Virus record (IMG/VR): IMGVR_UViG_3300020577_004796
Span: 9,144 to 73,143 of that record
DNA: 64,000 nucleotides
Direction: 5' to 3' (one strand)
Origin: a virus
Lineage: Duplodnaviria; Caudoviricetes
The notes beneath the pieces are model-generated. The model was not told where the DNA came from and did no database searches. It saw nothing but the letters and a program-made list of their open reading frames with translations. The position numbers were made by a program, and so were the translations under genes. Of the stretch, positions 10,433 to 21,647 are shown one piece after another (position 1 is the first letter of the stretch; each line of letters starts with the position of its first letter).

Positions 10433-11303
10433 TATTTTCTTTTTTTAACATTTCTGAAGTTATGTGCCAATAAAATATATCTGGATATTTACGTTCTATC
10501 TGTTCAAAATATTCAGAGTTCTTTTCGTGTTTTTGTAAAAACTTAAGAACTGGTTCCATTATAAATCCAGCTTGACCAATATGATTAACTAAAATATTAG
10601 TTTCCCTCATAGCAGGGGGGATATCTTCTACAGTAATATCTTGAATGTAATTAAAACAATCGCCTCTAAATGATTGAGGTAGGCCAAGTACGTAATGCTC
10701 AGTCATAGATTTTGATACTCTTGGTAAAACAACTTGATTAAGAAAAGTCTGATCACTACCTTTCTGGGAAAGATTTATTGTTTTATCGAGTTCTAGCATT
10801 CTTTCAAATGTTCTGACTTCTAAACACTTCCTTAGTTCATTTGTTTGAAAGCCTATCATTCCACCCATAAGTGGTATTCCATGCGATGTGCTATCAGTTA
10901 TAGCATGCGCTACTCTACCATTTTTTATCCAATAATCAACAGCTTGACGTTCTCTATAGGTTGGTAAGGAATCAATGTCCCTGCAAATAATTCTATCGTA
11001 TTTTTGAACTCCTTCAGTATCTTGTAAAAACACAGGAACCATTCTAAATAACATCATCTCACATAATGGTTTTCTAGGCATTACTGAAATATTAAGAGTT
11101 CTCCTGTTTACATGATAGTCAAAGAATTCTTTATAAGGAGAATTATATGTTTGCTCGTCCAGGGTAAGGTGCATTATCCACTGTGGGAACAATAATTTAT
11201 ACATTCTTAGATTTAAAGAAAGATAGCGTATGTAACTTTTAAAATCATAACAGTTATCATAACTAGCGTCATATCCAAATAAAGCTTGTGATATACAATT
11301 CAT
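10425..11303 (-). CDS. Putative glycosyltransferase (GT-A-like)
   Basis: ICRDIDS DXD motif, LMGGMIG, GSDQTFLN. Confidence 0.55.
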   Translation of the reverse strand: MNCISQALFGYDASYDNCYDFKSYIRYLSLNLRMYKLLFPQWIMHLTLDEQTYNSPYKEFFDYHVNRRTLNISVMPRKPLCEMMLFRMVPVFLQDTEGVQKYDRIICRDIDSLPTYRERQAVDYWIKNGRVAHAITDSTSHGIPLMGGMIGFQTNELRKCLEVRTFERMLELDKTINLSQKGSDQTFLNQVVLPRVSKSMTEHYVLGLPQSFRGDCFNYIQDITVEDIPPAMRETNILVNHIGQAGFIMEPVLKFLQKHEKNSEYFEQIERKYPDIFYWHITSEMLKKENND

Positions 11304-11304
11304 A

Positions 11305-11853
11305 TTATTTATTACTTATATATTTATAGTGATATAATGTTGGTTCAATCCAAATTTCTTTTTTTAAGAGTTTACTCTTACAAATCTGCATAGCCCAATC
11401 TGTATCTTCTCCAAAGTTCTTTTCTGGAAATTTAAACTGTTTAGCTATTTCTGATTTTATTACATTTAAATGATTTGGCGGCCTATAATATATCCCATCT
11501 TTTTCAAAGTATGAATCGTATCTTATGGAATGTATAAAGGTTTTTGCATCAGCTCCATTAGTAGTTATCTCACCAGTTAATGAGCAACAATCTGGACCAT
11601 GTTTTATTGCATCTAAAACAAGTTCTATATAATTATCACAAACATCGTCATCGTCATCTATGAAGCATAAATACTTACCTTCGGCTTTTTCTAAGAGTTT
11701 ATTTCTTTTTTCTCCTACAGAAACATCATCACCACCAGCAACTATTATTTCCACTTCCTTAGTATTTTTCATTTGACCTTTTAATTTACTTAAAAGTTCA
11801 AGCAGAACAAGTTGCCTCTTTTTTAAACTACAAATTAATATAGATAATAGCAT
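11305..11853 (-). CDS. Glycosyltransferase family 2
   Basis: LSILICS, GEKRNKLL, YLCFIDDDD, GEDTDW. Confidence 0.85.
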   Translation of the reverse strand: MLLSILICSLKKRQLVLLELLSKLKGQMKNTKEVEIIVAGGDDVSVGEKRNKLLEKAEGKYLCFIDDDDDVCDNYIELVLDAIKHGPDCCSLTGEITTNGADAKTFIHSIRYDSYFEKDGIYYRPPNHLNVIKSEIAKQFKFPEKNFGEDTDWAMQICKSKLLKKEIWIEPTLYHYKYISNK

Positions 11854-12533
11854 TATATTAAACCCTCTTTATATTCGTTTACAAAATTTACTAAATCAAA
11901 GTTCTTAAGCTTACGTTCATGAAAAAGAGTTTCACCTTGCTTCCAAGTAAGATCATTTTTTATATTAATCTCGTCCTTTTTCATACCACCCACTATGTAA
12001 TGATTATGCTTAAATAATAAATCTAAACTAATACATCTATCTAACATATAAGCAACACTTGACATTTCTGAATCACAGAACATATGCGAGTACCCTGGAA
12101 AGTAAATATATCCAAATCTATTATAATACTCTCTATCCATTATTGGAATTGTTATGATAAATGGTTGTATACCATCTTTTACCTTTACTATAAAATCCTT
12201 TTTATCATGTAAAAAAGCGTATAATAAACGATCCCAATGACTGGGGCAATCAAAATCATCTGATACAACAATAAGTAAATCTCCAGTAGATATCATTGCT
12301 GCATTATTGATAGCTTGTATTGCTGTTTTATTATCTGAAACTAATACCTGTATATTTGGAAAATTTCTAGAAAATATCTTTTTATATTCTTCTACATAAG
12401 GATCAGTTTCGTCAATGCTTAAAATATATTCTATTTCTATAGAAGGGTCAGTAGCTCTGTTGAGCCAAATTAAAGCAGTCTTTAGAGCCATTGAAACTCT
12501 TTGCCTAGACGGATGCAGTAGTGATATTTTCAT
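11853..12533 (-). CDS. Glycosyltransferase family 2-like protein
   Basis: [28 protein letters not shown]. Confidence 0.7.
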   Translation of the reverse strand: MKISLLHPSRQRVSMALKTALIWLNRATDPSIEIEYILSIDETDPYVEEYKKIFSRNFPNIQVLVSDNKTAIQAINNAAMISTGDLLIVVSDDFDCPSHWDRLLYAFLHDKKDFIVKVKDGIQPFIITIPIMDREYYNRFGYIYFPGYSHMFCDSEMSSVAYMLDRCISLDLLFKHNHYIVGGMKKDEINIKNDLTWKQGETLFHERKLKNFDLVNFVNEYKEGLI

Positions 12534-13419
12534 TTATTAATTTTTGTAACCCATCTCGTAAACTAATTTTATGTTTCCAACCCAGGTTGTTTATTTTTGT
12601 ACAATCTAACACTTTCCTAAAAGTACCATCTGGCATGGAGGTGTCAGGTTCTATTTTTCCAGTAAAATTAGTTAGTTGTGCTATGATACTAGCTAATTCT
12701 AAAATACTATACTCTTCCCCGGTTCCAACATTTATTGTTTCTGATTCATTATAATTCTCCATTAAAAATAAACAGGCATTAGCTAAATCATCAACGTGCA
12801 TGAACTCTCGCATGGGGGCTCCCGTACCCCATATTACACCTATGCCTTCTCTGAATTTACGTATTAATGCTGGTATAACATGTGAGTTGTTTAGATTATA
12901 ATTATCATTAGGACCATATAGATTACAAGGCATTGCACTTATAAAATTACATCCATACTGTTCTTTATAATACTGACACATTTTTATACCACTTATCTTG
13001 GCCAGGGCATAGGCTTCGTTTGTTGATTCTAATTCACCAGTAAGAAGATATTCTTCTTTTATTGGTTGCATACAATGCTTTGGATAAATACAGCTTGACC
13101 CTAAGAATAATAATTTTTTTACTCCAAAAGACCTAGCTGCTTCTATAACATTATTTTGAATCTGTAAGTTGTCATAAAGAAAACTAGCTTTCTTTTTTGA
13201 ATTTGCCAAGATTCCACCAACTCTAGCTGCTACTAAAAATACATAATCAGGTTGGTACTGTTGAAAAAACTTTCTTACATCATACTGCCTACGCAAATCG
13301 CAAATGTTACTATTAAATCCTATAATGTTGGTAAATCCCTCTTTTTTTAATTCCCTCTCCAAAGCAGAGCCTACCATTCCGTATCTTCCTGCGATGAAGA
13401 TTTTACTATTTTTTTCCAT
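12505..13419 (-). CDS. fcl: GDP-L-fucose synthase
   Basis: [55 protein letters not shown]. Confidence 0.95.
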   Translation of the reverse strand: MEKNSKIFIAGRYGMVGSALERELKKEGFTNIIGFNSNICDLRRQYDVRKFFQQYQPDYVFLVAARVGGILANSKKKASFLYDNLQIQNNVIEAARSFGVKKLLFLGSSCIYPKHCMQPIKEEYLLTGELESTNEAYALAKISGIKMCQYYKEQYGCNFISAMPCNLYGPNDNYNLNNSHVIPALIRKFREGIGVIWGTGAPMREFMHVDDLANACLFLMENYNESETINVGTGEEYSILELASIIAQLTNFTGKIEPDTSMPDGTFRKVLDCTKINNLGWKHKISLRDGLQKLINENITTASV

Positions 13420-14423
13420 TTAATATCTACTTGTATCATTTCTTTTATAATAGCCTTTAAATCATATTTTGGCTTCCATCCTAATATCTTTCTTGCTTTA
13501 GTTGAATCGCCTATTAATAAATCAACTTCAGTAGGTCGAAAATATACAGGATCAACTTTAACTAAAACAGTGCCATCTTCAGAGTCTATTCCTATTTCAT
13601 CTAAACCAGAGCCTATGAATTTTAAATTAATTCCTACTTCTTTAAAGGCCATTTTACAAAAATCTCTAACTGTAGTGGTTATGCCAGTTGCAATAACATA
13701 GTCATCTGGGGTATCCTGCTGCAACATTAACCATGCAGCTTCCATATAATCCCTAGTGTGCCCCCAGTCTCGTTGAGCATCTAGGTTTCCTAATCTTATA
13801 ACTTCACCTCGTCCAATGGCCCTTGTTATTTTTCTAGTAACGAATGTTTCGCCTCTAGTTGGACCCTCGTGATTAAAAAGTATACCATTACAAGCGAACA
13901 TGTTATAAGCTTCTCTGTAATTTTTTGTAATCCAATAACCAAATGTTTTAGCTACACCATATGGAGATCTTGGATAAAAAGCTGTTGTTTCTGTTTGTGG
14001 AACTTCTTGTACTTTTCCGTACATTTCAGAAGAACTGGCTTGGTAATATTTTATTTCATTCATTCTACCAGAATTTCTTATAGCTTCTAAAAGTCTAACG
14101 GTTCCTGTAGCTATTACATCTGTAGTATATTCTGGAATTTCAAATGAAACTTGCACATGACTCATTGCGGCTAAATTATATATTTCATCTGGCTTTGTTT
14201 CCTGGATCAGCCTAAAAAGAGAAGCCCCATCAGTCATATCTCCATAATGTAAATGGAAGTCTTTATTATTAAATACACTGTCTATTCTATCAGTATTTAT
14301 TAAAGAAGTTCTTCTTTTTACTCCGTGTACAATGTAATTCTTTTCCAGGAGAAGTGTGGCTAAAGTAGCGCCATCCATTCCGGTAACTCCTGTAATTAAA
14401 GCAACTTTTTGTTTTCCTTCCAT
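13371..14423 (-). CDS. gmd: GDP-mannose 4,6-dehydratase
   Basis: [61 protein letters not shown]. Confidence 0.97.
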   Translation of the reverse strand: MEGKQKVALITGVTGMDGATLATLLLEKNYIVHGVKRRTSLINTDRIDSVFNNKDFHLHYGDMTDGASLFRLIQETKPDEIYNLAAMSHVQVSFEIPEYTTDVIATGTVRLLEAIRNSGRMNEIKYYQASSSEMYGKVQEVPQTETTAFYPRSPYGVAKTFGYWITKNYREAYNMFACNGILFNHEGPTRGETFVTRKITRAIGRGEVIRLGNLDAQRDWGHTRDYMEAAWLMLQQDTPDDYVIATGITTTVRDFCKMAFKEVGINLKFIGSGLDEIGIDSEDGTVLVKVDPVYFRPTEVDLLIGDSTKARKILGWKPKYDLKAIIKEMIQVDIKWKKIVKSSSQEDTEW

Positions 14424-15091
14424 TTTTTATAATGTCCTGCTGTGGTACTAATCACAGAATCTGCATGTTTAAAATAATATTGTTCCTCTTCAGTTAGGTT
14501 ATTCCAATCTTGATACCAAGGTTGATGCTTACAAGTAAATTCTCCAGCTATTCTAAGCGCAGTATAATCATAATCTCTTTTTGGATCAATTACACAAAAA
14601 GTTGTATCTACTGGAGCTACATATAATTCTTTTCCCTTATAAGGTACTGGCTTTAGCCAATATTTAGTTTCTATAGTTTTTATTAATTTTGTTAACTCTG
14701 TATCTGGTAAATCACTTATATCTATAGCTAGTCCTATTTTTTTTATAGCAGAATGTTTAATAATATCAATCATTTCTTCTATAAACCCATATGGAGTGTA
14801 TGGGTTTAAAATTATATCGGAATCAGTATAAACTATCCAGTCATTATTTCTAAAACGTTCTATTATATTTTCTTCCCAAAGAGCGCGGTGACCTTTAGTG
14901 GAATCCGAATGTATTACTTTAATAATCTCATTAGCTTCCATATAAGTATACCATTCAATTAACTCTGGATATGTACTATTCATATCTAAAATATAAATAT
15001 TATTATAACCTCTGTCAATTAAATCAAGAACTAACTGCCTAGTTGTAGTTAGAAGGTTTTTATTATTGATTATGATTGGTATATTAAACAT
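14396..15091 (-). CDS. Putative glycosyltransferase (GT-A-like)
   Basis: [26 protein letters not shown]. Confidence 0.65.
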   Translation of the reverse strand: MFNIPIIINNKNLLTTTRQLVLDLIDRGYNNIYILDMNSTYPELIEWYTYMEANEIIKVIHSDSTKGHRALWEENIIERFRNNDWIVYTDSDIILNPYTPYGFIEEMIDIIKHSAIKKIGLAIDISDLPDTELTKLIKTIETKYWLKPVPYKGKELYVAPVDTTFCVIDPKRDYDYTALRIAGEFTCKHQPWYQDWNNLTEEEQYYFKHADSVISTTAGHYKKWKENKKLL

Positions 15092-15092
15092 C

Positions 15093-15686
15093 TTAATTAT
15101 GTATAGTTAAACATTTATTTATTTTGCGAATCGATTTAATTAATCCTGATTTTAAAAGATCTCTTACAAACATTCCATCTGCACAAAATTCTTCTGGTTT
15201 ATTTATTCCAACTTTTCTAGCTATTTCTGTGCGAACTCTAAAATTTCCCCAATCCATTCTACCTATACTTGGGTGTGTATCTATTATTCCACCATAACCA
15301 AAAATATGATTTATACCATTAAAATATAAAAAATCTTCATTATGATTAGTCATTTCTTCTACTGCTGTGGGTATCCAATAATCATGTGCGCTAGACTGAA
15401 TAACATATTCTGTATCTATTAAATTATTAAGAGCGTCAATTCTATTATAACAACCCCAAGCTTCTGTGTTAATTAAACTTTCAACATAAACAATTCTGGA
15501 ATCTTTAAAACTTTCTACAATACTTCTTGCCAATTTATCTGTACCATTATGGTAAATAATAGTTTTCCAACTAGAATTTGTTTGTGATAACAAAGAACCT
15601 ATATAAGAATATACACCAGTATAATCTTTGAACATAGGAGCAACAAACGTTACTTTTGATTCTTCCGATTTTTGTATCTTTTGCAT
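15093..15686 (-). CDS. Glycosyltransferase family 2-like protein
   Basis: WGCYNR, SAHDYW, RMDWGNF, ADGMFV. Confidence 0.6.
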   Translation of the reverse strand: MQKIQKSEESKVTFVAPMFKDYTGVYSYIGSLLSQTNSSWKTIIYHNGTDKLARSIVESFKDSRIVYVESLINTEAWGCYNRIDALNNLIDTEYVIQSSAHDYWIPTAVEEMTNHNEDFLYFNGINHIFGYGGIIDTHPSIGRMDWGNFRVRTEIARKVGINKPEEFCADGMFVRDLLKSGLIKSIRKINKCLTIHN

Positions 15687-16216
15687 TCTGGTAATCTTCG
15701 TTTAACAATGTTACATAAATTTGCACATGATAAATTATATTTATTTGCTATTTCTTTTGTAGATAATTCTAAATTTAAATAATCTATTTTTAACTTTTCA
15801 ATAAATTCATCACTATATCTTAAATTTGGACGTCCTATATCTCGAATTATGCCTAACTCTTTTTCCAAACTTCTTACTCTTTTCATTCCTTCGGATATCT
15901 TACTTTTAGATTCCTGGGAGTGCTTTCCACCCTTACCACCTTCTTTAATATTTAACATTTCATAACCTAAATCTTTAAAAGCAGCTATAAAATTAATTTC
16001 TAATTTATCTAATATTTCTTGAGTTATATCTTTCGACAATTCTATTAAATTATCATATTTGTGATTTAATCCGCCATATTTTAATAATGATTTTTGAAGC
16101 AGTGGTTGATAAGGGCAATATTCTCTTTTATAATCACTTATTCTATGATCTATATCCCAAGACTGTCCAATATAAATTTTACCAGAGGGCGATTCTATTT
16201 TATAAATTCCTATCAT
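15650..16216 (-). CDS. GIY-YIG homing endonuclease
   Basis: MIGIYKIESPSGKIYIGQS, LNIKEGG, HSQESKSKIS. Confidence 0.9.
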   Translation of the reverse strand: MIGIYKIESPSGKIYIGQSWDIDHRISDYKREYCPYQPLLQKSLLKYGGLNHKYDNLIELSKDITQEILDKLEINFIAAFKDLGYEMLNIKEGGKGGKHSQESKSKISEGMKRVRSLEKELGIIRDIGRPNLRYSDEFIEKLKIDYLNLELSTKEIANKYNLSCANLCNIVKRRLPECKRYKNRKNQK

Positions 16217-16701
16217 ATTAGTTTATAAAGGTCTACTTGTTTTTCTCCTACTTTAAATACACCTACGGGATTGCATCTTAATCCATCGTAATTCATGTCT
16301 TTTATTGAGCCTGTATCAAATATATGGTACTGATCCAGGTTAGGGAGGCGATTTTCTTTTGAGAGTTCTTTTAAATTTTGTATTTTAAAAGCTTTGGATT
16401 GTATTACAGAACAATTAATAAATAAGTCTGGAGTTATATCTAAAAATTCATTTTGCTTAGCTAAGACTACACAATCTGTAGGTATATTTTTCCAGCAATT
16501 ATTTTTCCATTCATCTGTTGTTTGCCACCAAAACTTCTTTATTTGGCAATTATGTTCTTTAGCTATTTCTAAAGTTTTATCTTTAGAATCTTTATCAAAA
16601 ATATAAATGGTAGCTATAGGAATTCTTTCTTTATACCAACTTATCCAGGATAAGAGGGTTGCTTCATTGTTTTCAGTTTTTGTAAAGATGCTTACTCTCA
16701 T
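16213..16701 (-). CDS. Short/degenerate GT2-like protein
   Basis: NNEATLLSWISWY, IFDKDSKDKT N-terminal GT2-like signature; the DXD region is eroded. Confidence 0.45.
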   Translation of the reverse strand: MRVSIFTKTENNEATLLSWISWYKERIPIATIYIFDKDSKDKTLEIAKEHNCQIKKFWWQTTDEWKNNCWKNIPTDCVVLAKQNEFLDITPDLFINCSVIQSKAFKIQNLKELSKENRLPNLDQYHIFDTGSIKDMNYDGLRCNPVGVFKVGEKQVDLYKLI

Positions 16702-17213
16702 TATACTTGTGAAATAAATTTATCGCCTCTTATATTAATTTTTACATCTTCCATAAACGCTTTGTAACCTTTGTTATAATTTTCGTATAATCCGTTTATT
16801 TCTTTAAGCGCCTTCATGTAATCTGTCATAGAGCCATCTTTACCTGAATCTGGTATAGTTTCATCAATAAAAGTACTTATTTTATCTATACCTATTTTAA
16901 GAGATCTCCAGATTCTTGCGCTAGGCATATCAAACATTTCTCTACATCTATCCAATGCTACCTGGATAAGAGGATCATCTAAACTAAAATCAATATCTAA
17001 ATCAGAAAGAATTGATGCCTCCCTATCTTCTTCCCGCATTGCTAAATAAGGATTATCATCTGGATTCCAAGAACAAGTATATTGTAAGTAAGCAAATATC
17101 TTTAGATACTTCTTAGGATACTTCTTCATGATATCATTAAGATAGTTAATTGTAAAGCAATGCGCGGTCGGCACTACTTTTTCATTACTTATGTCAAATA
17201 ATTTTATATACAT
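16701..17213 (-). CDS. Conserved crAss-like hypothetical protein (possible small terminase by position)
   Basis: KLFDISNEKVVPTAHC, NPDDNPY; upstream of the terL operon. Function is inference only. Confidence 0.4.
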   Translation of the reverse strand: MYIKLFDISNEKVVPTAHCFTINYLNDIMKKYPKKYLKIFAYLQYTCSWNPDDNPYLAMREEDREASILSDLDIDFSLDDPLIQVALDRCREMFDMPSARIWRSLKIGIDKISTFIDETIPDSGKDGSMTDYMKALKEINGLYENYNKGYKAFMEDVKINIRGDKFISQV

Positions 17214-17431
17214 TATAGTTGAGTTGCTATTAAGACAAACTTATTTTTTACGTACTTAAAAAATTTAACATCTTCAATGACAAACTTGTACCCCAAATAA
17301 TCAGATTGTTCGCCAATAAACATTTGTGTAAGTTCCTCTTGATCATAAGGTAGACAATTTTCATCTAGATCTATTACCCATATATCACCTTCACTTTTGA
17401 TACTTACTTGTTCTCGTATGATTTCTCTCAT
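17213..17431 (-). CDS. Hypothetical protein
   Basis: 72-aa ORF coupled to the next gene. Confidence 0.45.
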   Translation of the reverse strand: MREIIREQVSIKSEGDIWVIDLDENCLPYDQEELTQMFIGEQSDYLGYKFVIEDVKFFKYVKNKFVLIATQL

Positions 17432-17573
17432 TTTTGCTTCTTTAGTTGGAGTAAAAGATTACTCATTTCTTTTAAAATTTTTATTGTACTATTTATGTTT
17501 TTATTATTAAGTTCTTCTATGTTGTTTAGTTTCTCGTTTAATTTTTCTAATTTTTCTATTGTTTCTTCTCTTG

Positions 17574-18656
17574 TCATTTAGTTATAAGCTTAGAAAATAC
17601 ATTGTATCTTTTACTTGCCCAGGTATGGATGTCGTAATTCTCTTTCATGTATTCTGCAATTTTTTTACCCCACACTTTTATTTCTTCTGGATTTTTTAAA
17701 CAGAATTTTATATTATTGTACCAGTCGCCCCACATTATAGGAAGATGCTCGAGCTCAGTGTAAGGTTCTACTTTTGAAACAATACATGGTAATTCCCTAG
17801 TAGCCGCCTCTATAATCTTAAGTACACTCTTATGTCTATTAAATTCATTATAAACTAATGGAACTAAAACAACATCAGCTTGATCGTAGAAAGACATATG
17901 TTCTTGTACAGGCTTTGTATCTAATATTTGATAGGAATCTGTTCTTTTAAAGATACTAGCCATCCGGTCCCATTGACAATGTTTGCCGCCTTTTAAAGGA
18001 TTAAATCCAGCCAGCGTAAATAAGGCATGATCTTTAATCCATTTATCACCACCAATTCTGTCAAATTTGTTTTTAAGTTCAAGAACATCTTGATAATGCG
18101 TAGAGCCACCAGCATAAAGAAAATTAGTTTTGTTTAGATATCTTATGCCGGAGTATAATTCATCTGGTTTGTAATGGACCTGACCAAAAGGGACAGCGTT
18201 AAACATTACTAAACAATTTTTATTAAGATTTAACTCTTCTACTTTTTTAGCTATGGAATTAGTAGCTGTAAATACAACATCAGCTAATTTTATTATTTCT
18301 TGTATTTTAAGATTGTGCCCTTGCTTGTACCATAAATCATGTACAGGATGCACTGAACTCATTTCCCAATAGTCATCTAAATCAACTACTATCTTTACAC
18401 CAGCTGCTTTTTTTTCCTGTAACCAATTTAAATCTTCTGTTTGAAGAGACCCGTTAAAGAATATAATGTCTGGTTCAAAAGCATCTATCTCTGGGACTGT
18501 GCCAGCTATGTGAGTATCAGTTTCTCTTATAAATGTACCTTTAGGATAAAACAATTTTACAGAATCATCCGTACTCCAAGACATATATTCTAAAGGAAGT
18601 AATATTCTATAAAAAGAACATCCATTATAAGGTTTAACTAAAGCTGCTACTCTCAC
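17574..18656 (-). CDS. GT-B fold glycosyltransferase (GT4-like)
   Basis: GCSFYRILLP, VVDLDDYW, YAGGSTHYQD, VPLVYNEFNRHKSVLKIIEA, IVSKVEPY. Confidence 0.8.
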   Translation of the reverse strand: MRVAALVKPYNGCSFYRILLPLEYMSWSTDDSVKLFYPKGTFIRETDTHIAGTVPEIDAFEPDIIFFNGSLQTEDLNWLQEKKAAGVKIVVDLDDYWEMSSVHPVHDLWYKQGHNLKIQEIIKLADVVFTATNSIAKKVEELNLNKNCLVMFNAVPFGQVHYKPDELYSGIRYLNKTNFLYAGGSTHYQDVLELKNKFDRIGGDKWIKDHALFTLAGFNPLKGGKHCQWDRMASIFKRTDSYQILDTKPVQEHMSFYDQADVVLVPLVYNEFNRHKSVLKIIEAATRELPCIVSKVEPYTELEHLPIMWGDWYNNIKFCLKNPEEIKVWGKKIAEYMKENYDIHTWASKRYNVFSKLITK

Positions 18657-19450
18657 TTAATATATTTTAAAATTAATTCTACTTCTTTCTTTAAGTATGG
18701 TATTTGATATTTATCTACCCTTTCTACTATAGGATCACCATTAGCATCTCTAGCTATTTGTTTATTACCCAATCTATCACGATCTACTTCTTTGAAAATG
18801 ATATGATTTAATATTAAACTTCCTGGCTTTAACTTAGGATTATGTCTAAGTATAATATACATATAAAGACTTAACTGTATATTATATAAACTTAACTTAC
18901 AATCAGAAAGATGACTTAAAGGTTTTAAAAGTTTTTTCTCTTTACCATCCCAACTAACATATCCTTTCGTGGTTAATTCTTTATTAGTTTTAAAGTCTGT
19001 TATGTTAACTTTGTTATTCCTAACTTCTACTAAATCAGACTGACCACATATTCCGTAAGAGTGTAAATAACAGAAGTGTTCTGGATAAACGTGATTGTTT
19101 TCTAATTTCTGCTCTGGAGCATATTTAATATCATCCAAAAGAATAGGCTTAACTACGTGAATTATATCCCCTTCTTTTTCTATTGAATTTATTTCACAAA
19201 TTAATTTTTCCTGTTGAGCATGATACCAATTGCCCAAATCTTTAGCTGTAGTACTTATATCATCCCAAGCTTTAAGTATCTCCTCTTGAGTCATCCCGTA
19301 CCACTTAGACTTCTTATTCTTAGAAGACTTTAAAGCGATTGCTGGACCATCAAATGGTTCTTGAAAAAGCTTAGTAAGCTGAGTTACTGATTTCCATTCA
19401 GTCCCATCATCTGATGAATATTTATGATCTTTATCTGTAAATTTTACCAT
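18653..19450 (-). CDS. PD-(D/E)XK family nuclease
   Basis: KSVTQL, GNWYH, GICGQSDLV, ITDFKTNK, YNIQLSLY. Confidence 0.85.
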   Translation of the reverse strand: MVKFTDKDHKYSSDDGTEWKSVTQLTKLFQEPFDGPAIALKSSKNKKSKWYGMTQEEILKAWDDISTTAKDLGNWYHAQQEKLICEINSIEKEGDIIHVVKPILLDDIKYAPEQKLENNHVYPEHFCYLHSYGICGQSDLVEVRNNKVNITDFKTNKELTTKGYVSWDGKEKKLLKPLSHLSDCKLSLYNIQLSLYMYIILRHNPKLKPGSLILNHIIFKEVDRDRLGNKQIARDANGDPIVERVDKYQIPYLKKEVELILKYIK

Positions 19451-19752
19451 TATATATCTTTAACTTCCCAAAGAGGCTCTTGTCCTATATCTTTTAAAGA
19501 ACAATAACTATCTTTACTTGCACATTTTGCTTTTAACGCACAACCACATTGACCACATGTTTCTTGACCAGGTAAGAATGCCTTTTCTGATGTTCCTTTT
19601 TCATCGTAAAATCCACACTTATTAGATCTACAAATTTTAATTCTTTCAGCCGCCATCCTCTTCACTGGATCAGACCCAAAATATTTATTCCACCACCCCT
19701 GAACTATCTTTGCTCTGTTCTTCCAAGCGTATTTGAGCTGCTCTGTATTCAT
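19450..19752 (-). CDS. Small Cys-rich (Zn-binding) protein
   Basis: CRSNKC, CGQCGC, CASKDSYC. Confidence 0.55.
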   Translation of the reverse strand: MNTEQLKYAWKNRAKIVQGWWNKYFGSDPVKRMAAERIKICRSNKCGFYDEKGTSEKAFLPGQETCGQCGCALKAKCASKDSYCSLKDIGQEPLWEVKDI

Positions 19753-20113
19753 GTTGTTTTTGTATTGTTGCTGTTCTTTTATCTTTTCTTTGTTGAATCT
19801 TTATTTTATTCCTTGCTATTCTTTCCAGTTGCTCTTCTACATTTCTTAGAATAGAAGTTTTTCGAATCCCTTCTGGCCACTTTAAAATAGATTCTTTCAT
19901 TTCTAAAAAATCTCTTTCTTTGTGGTCTAAGACACGCTCTTTTAAATAAAAGTTACCCATTTTTTCTACTTGAATACAAGGCTCTTCCATTTCAGAAAGC
20001 TTTTGTCGTAATTCTTTATAGTAAAAAGCTACAACAATTTCACAAGTTTTTTCTTTGAAACCAGTTAATTCAGCTGTTTTTGGTATTAGAGTTTTAGCCT
20101 TAATTGGTTTCAT
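19685..20113 (-). CDS. HU/IHF-like DNA-binding protein
   Basis: LIPKTAELTG...IQVEKMGNFYLK resembles the HU/IHF helix plus G-F turn. Confidence 0.5.
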   Translation of the reverse strand: MKPIKAKTLIPKTAELTGFKEKTCEIVVAFYYKELRQKLSEMEEPCIQVEKMGNFYLKERVLDHKERDFLEMKESILKWPEGIRKTSILRNVEEQLERIARNKIKIQQRKDKRTATIQKQHEYRAAQIRLEEQSKDSSGVVE

Positions 20114-20519
20114 AACAAAGTAATTGTAAATCTAAAAGAGTTCCGTTTTCAATATGAACCCCCAAATTTTTTGAGAGACTTATTAAATGTTTATCCGATT
20201 TTATTATAAAACCTAAATCTACTAATTTACCAACAGAGTTCCTAGCAGATTGTTCTGAACTAAAGATATATTTGTTTTTAATATTAGAATCATCTAATCC
20301 TAACTGCAACTGTCTCGTATACCAAGTAGATTCTGTCTTAGTTAAAAGTTTACAAAACGCAGCTAATTCTATACGATCAAGTAAAGCTAAGACGACTAAA
20401 CTATCTAAAGAAGTTTCAGTCAAAACAATCCCAGACAGAGTCGACCAAATTTGTATTTGTATTCGGACGAACTCTGTTCTGGAAAGCTTCTTTTTAACTT
20501 GTACTTGTTTTACTTTCAT
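20100..20519 (-). CDS. Hypothetical protein, possible winged HTH
   Basis: SARNSVGKLVDLGFIIK. Confidence 0.4.
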   Translation of the reverse strand: MKVKQVQVKKKLSRTEFVRIQIQIWSTLSGIVLTETSLDSLVVLALLDRIELAAFCKLLTKTESTWYTRQLQLGLDDSNIKNKYIFSSEQSARNSVGKLVDLGFIIKSDKHLISLSKNLGVHIENGTLLDLQLLCYETN

Positions 20520-20770
20520 TAAGCTGTTGTTTCTTGCGAGGCCATTGCAGCCTCTGCTTCTTTTTTCATTTCTTCGATATCTGAGGGAGCTGGAGATCCT
20601 TGTGGTTTACCAAACTCGTCCTGAAACATCTTTGTTATTTTAATTTCATTATACTTTTCAAGAACTTGTTTTGTTATTAATTCTTGAAGTTTTGTTTGCA
20701 ATTCTTGATATTCAATTGCTTCCTTAAGCTGAGTTATAGCTTGCTCTCTTGTTATTTCTGTTTGTTCCAT
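20519..20770 (-). CDS. Hypothetical coiled-coil protein
   Basis: 83-aa ORF. Confidence 0.5.
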   Translation of the reverse strand: MEQTEITREQAITQLKEAIEYQELQTKLQELITKQVLEKYNEIKITKMFQDEFGKPQGSPAPSDIEEMKKEAEAAMASQETTA

Positions 20771-20811
20771 AATAAAATATACAACTTTTTTTTGAATTAA
20801 ACAAATTTTAG

Positions 20812-21171
20812 TTAAACTTTTTTAGTTTCTTTTATTTTATGGAAGTCATTCCACTTCTTTGCAAAACGGTCCAAATTACCTATAATAGATAACTGAAGGC
20901 CATCTGAAAGACAAAGATCAACTGAATCCATTGCTGGGTTTTCTGGGTTCTCGGCCAACTCTTCTAAAGAAGAAGTTTCTATAGCAGCTATGAACTTTGA
21001 AGGATCTATTAGTATCCTAGAAGGATATGCTTTAGGTACTGACTTCGCATCCATTTCTAGATCTCTTTTCCATTCGTCACCTTCCTGGGGCTCTTCTTCC
21101 TGTGACTTTAAATAATCTCGGTACTCTTTTCCTAGGTAAGTTCTAATTTCTAATTCAAGTAGTTTACTCAC
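20812..21171 (-). CDS. Hypothetical protein
   Basis: 119-aa ORF downstream of the promoter at 21202-21233. Confidence 0.55.
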   Translation of the reverse strand: MSKLLELEIRTYLGKEYRDYLKSQEEEPQEGDEWKRDLEMDAKSVPKAYPSRILIDPSKFIAAIETSSLEELAENPENPAMDSVDLCLSDGLQLSIIGNLDRFAKKWNDFHKIKETKKV

Positions 21172-21201
21172 TTTCTTTAATTTTAATGTTCATTTATAAT
21201 A

Positions 21202-21233
21202 CAAAGGTACGACAATATATTGATATTTCCAAA
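21202..21233 (-). promoter_or_regulatory. Bacteroidota housekeeping-sigma promoter
   Basis: Minus strand reads TTTG-N20-TACCTTTG. Confidence 0.8.
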
Positions 21234-21605
21234 CTTTTTATGTTTAATTTTTAAGATTTATTGTCTTAACCAGGGATAGCAAATTCTACCACTAGCTTTG
21301 GTAATGAAAGGAGGTAAGAAAAAACAAGTTATCCCCCTTCCCCCTTAAGGAAGATAACTTATAAGTTCTTACACTAGCTCAGTATAAAGTTAAGTTAGGC
21401 TCAAAAGGCACACAAGTTTTCGAAAGTACTCAGTTGATTTAAAAGATTCATTGATCTCGGTCCTACTAGAGGTTCGATATGCCTGAATACTCGTTACAAA
21501 AAGCTATTAGACGAGAAATAAAATACCCCAGAGGAGTCAGGCCACTCCAACTGGGGTAAGACACTTTCGTGTCAAATGTCTTTAATGGGGCCTGCCATAT
21601 ATTTA

Positions 21606-21637
21606 CAAAGGTACGAAACCTTTATGATTTTACCAAA
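21606..21637 (-). promoter_or_regulatory. Bacteroidota housekeeping-sigma promoter
   Basis: Minus strand reads TTTG-N20-TACCTTTG. Confidence 0.75.
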
Positions 21638-21647
21638 TTTATTTTTG

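Noticed and set aside
13371-14423. GMD N-terminus TGMDGAT instead of TGQDGSY as a sign of altered function
   Set aside because: The catalytic S/E and YxxxK residues and the other motifs are intact; probably neutral divergence.
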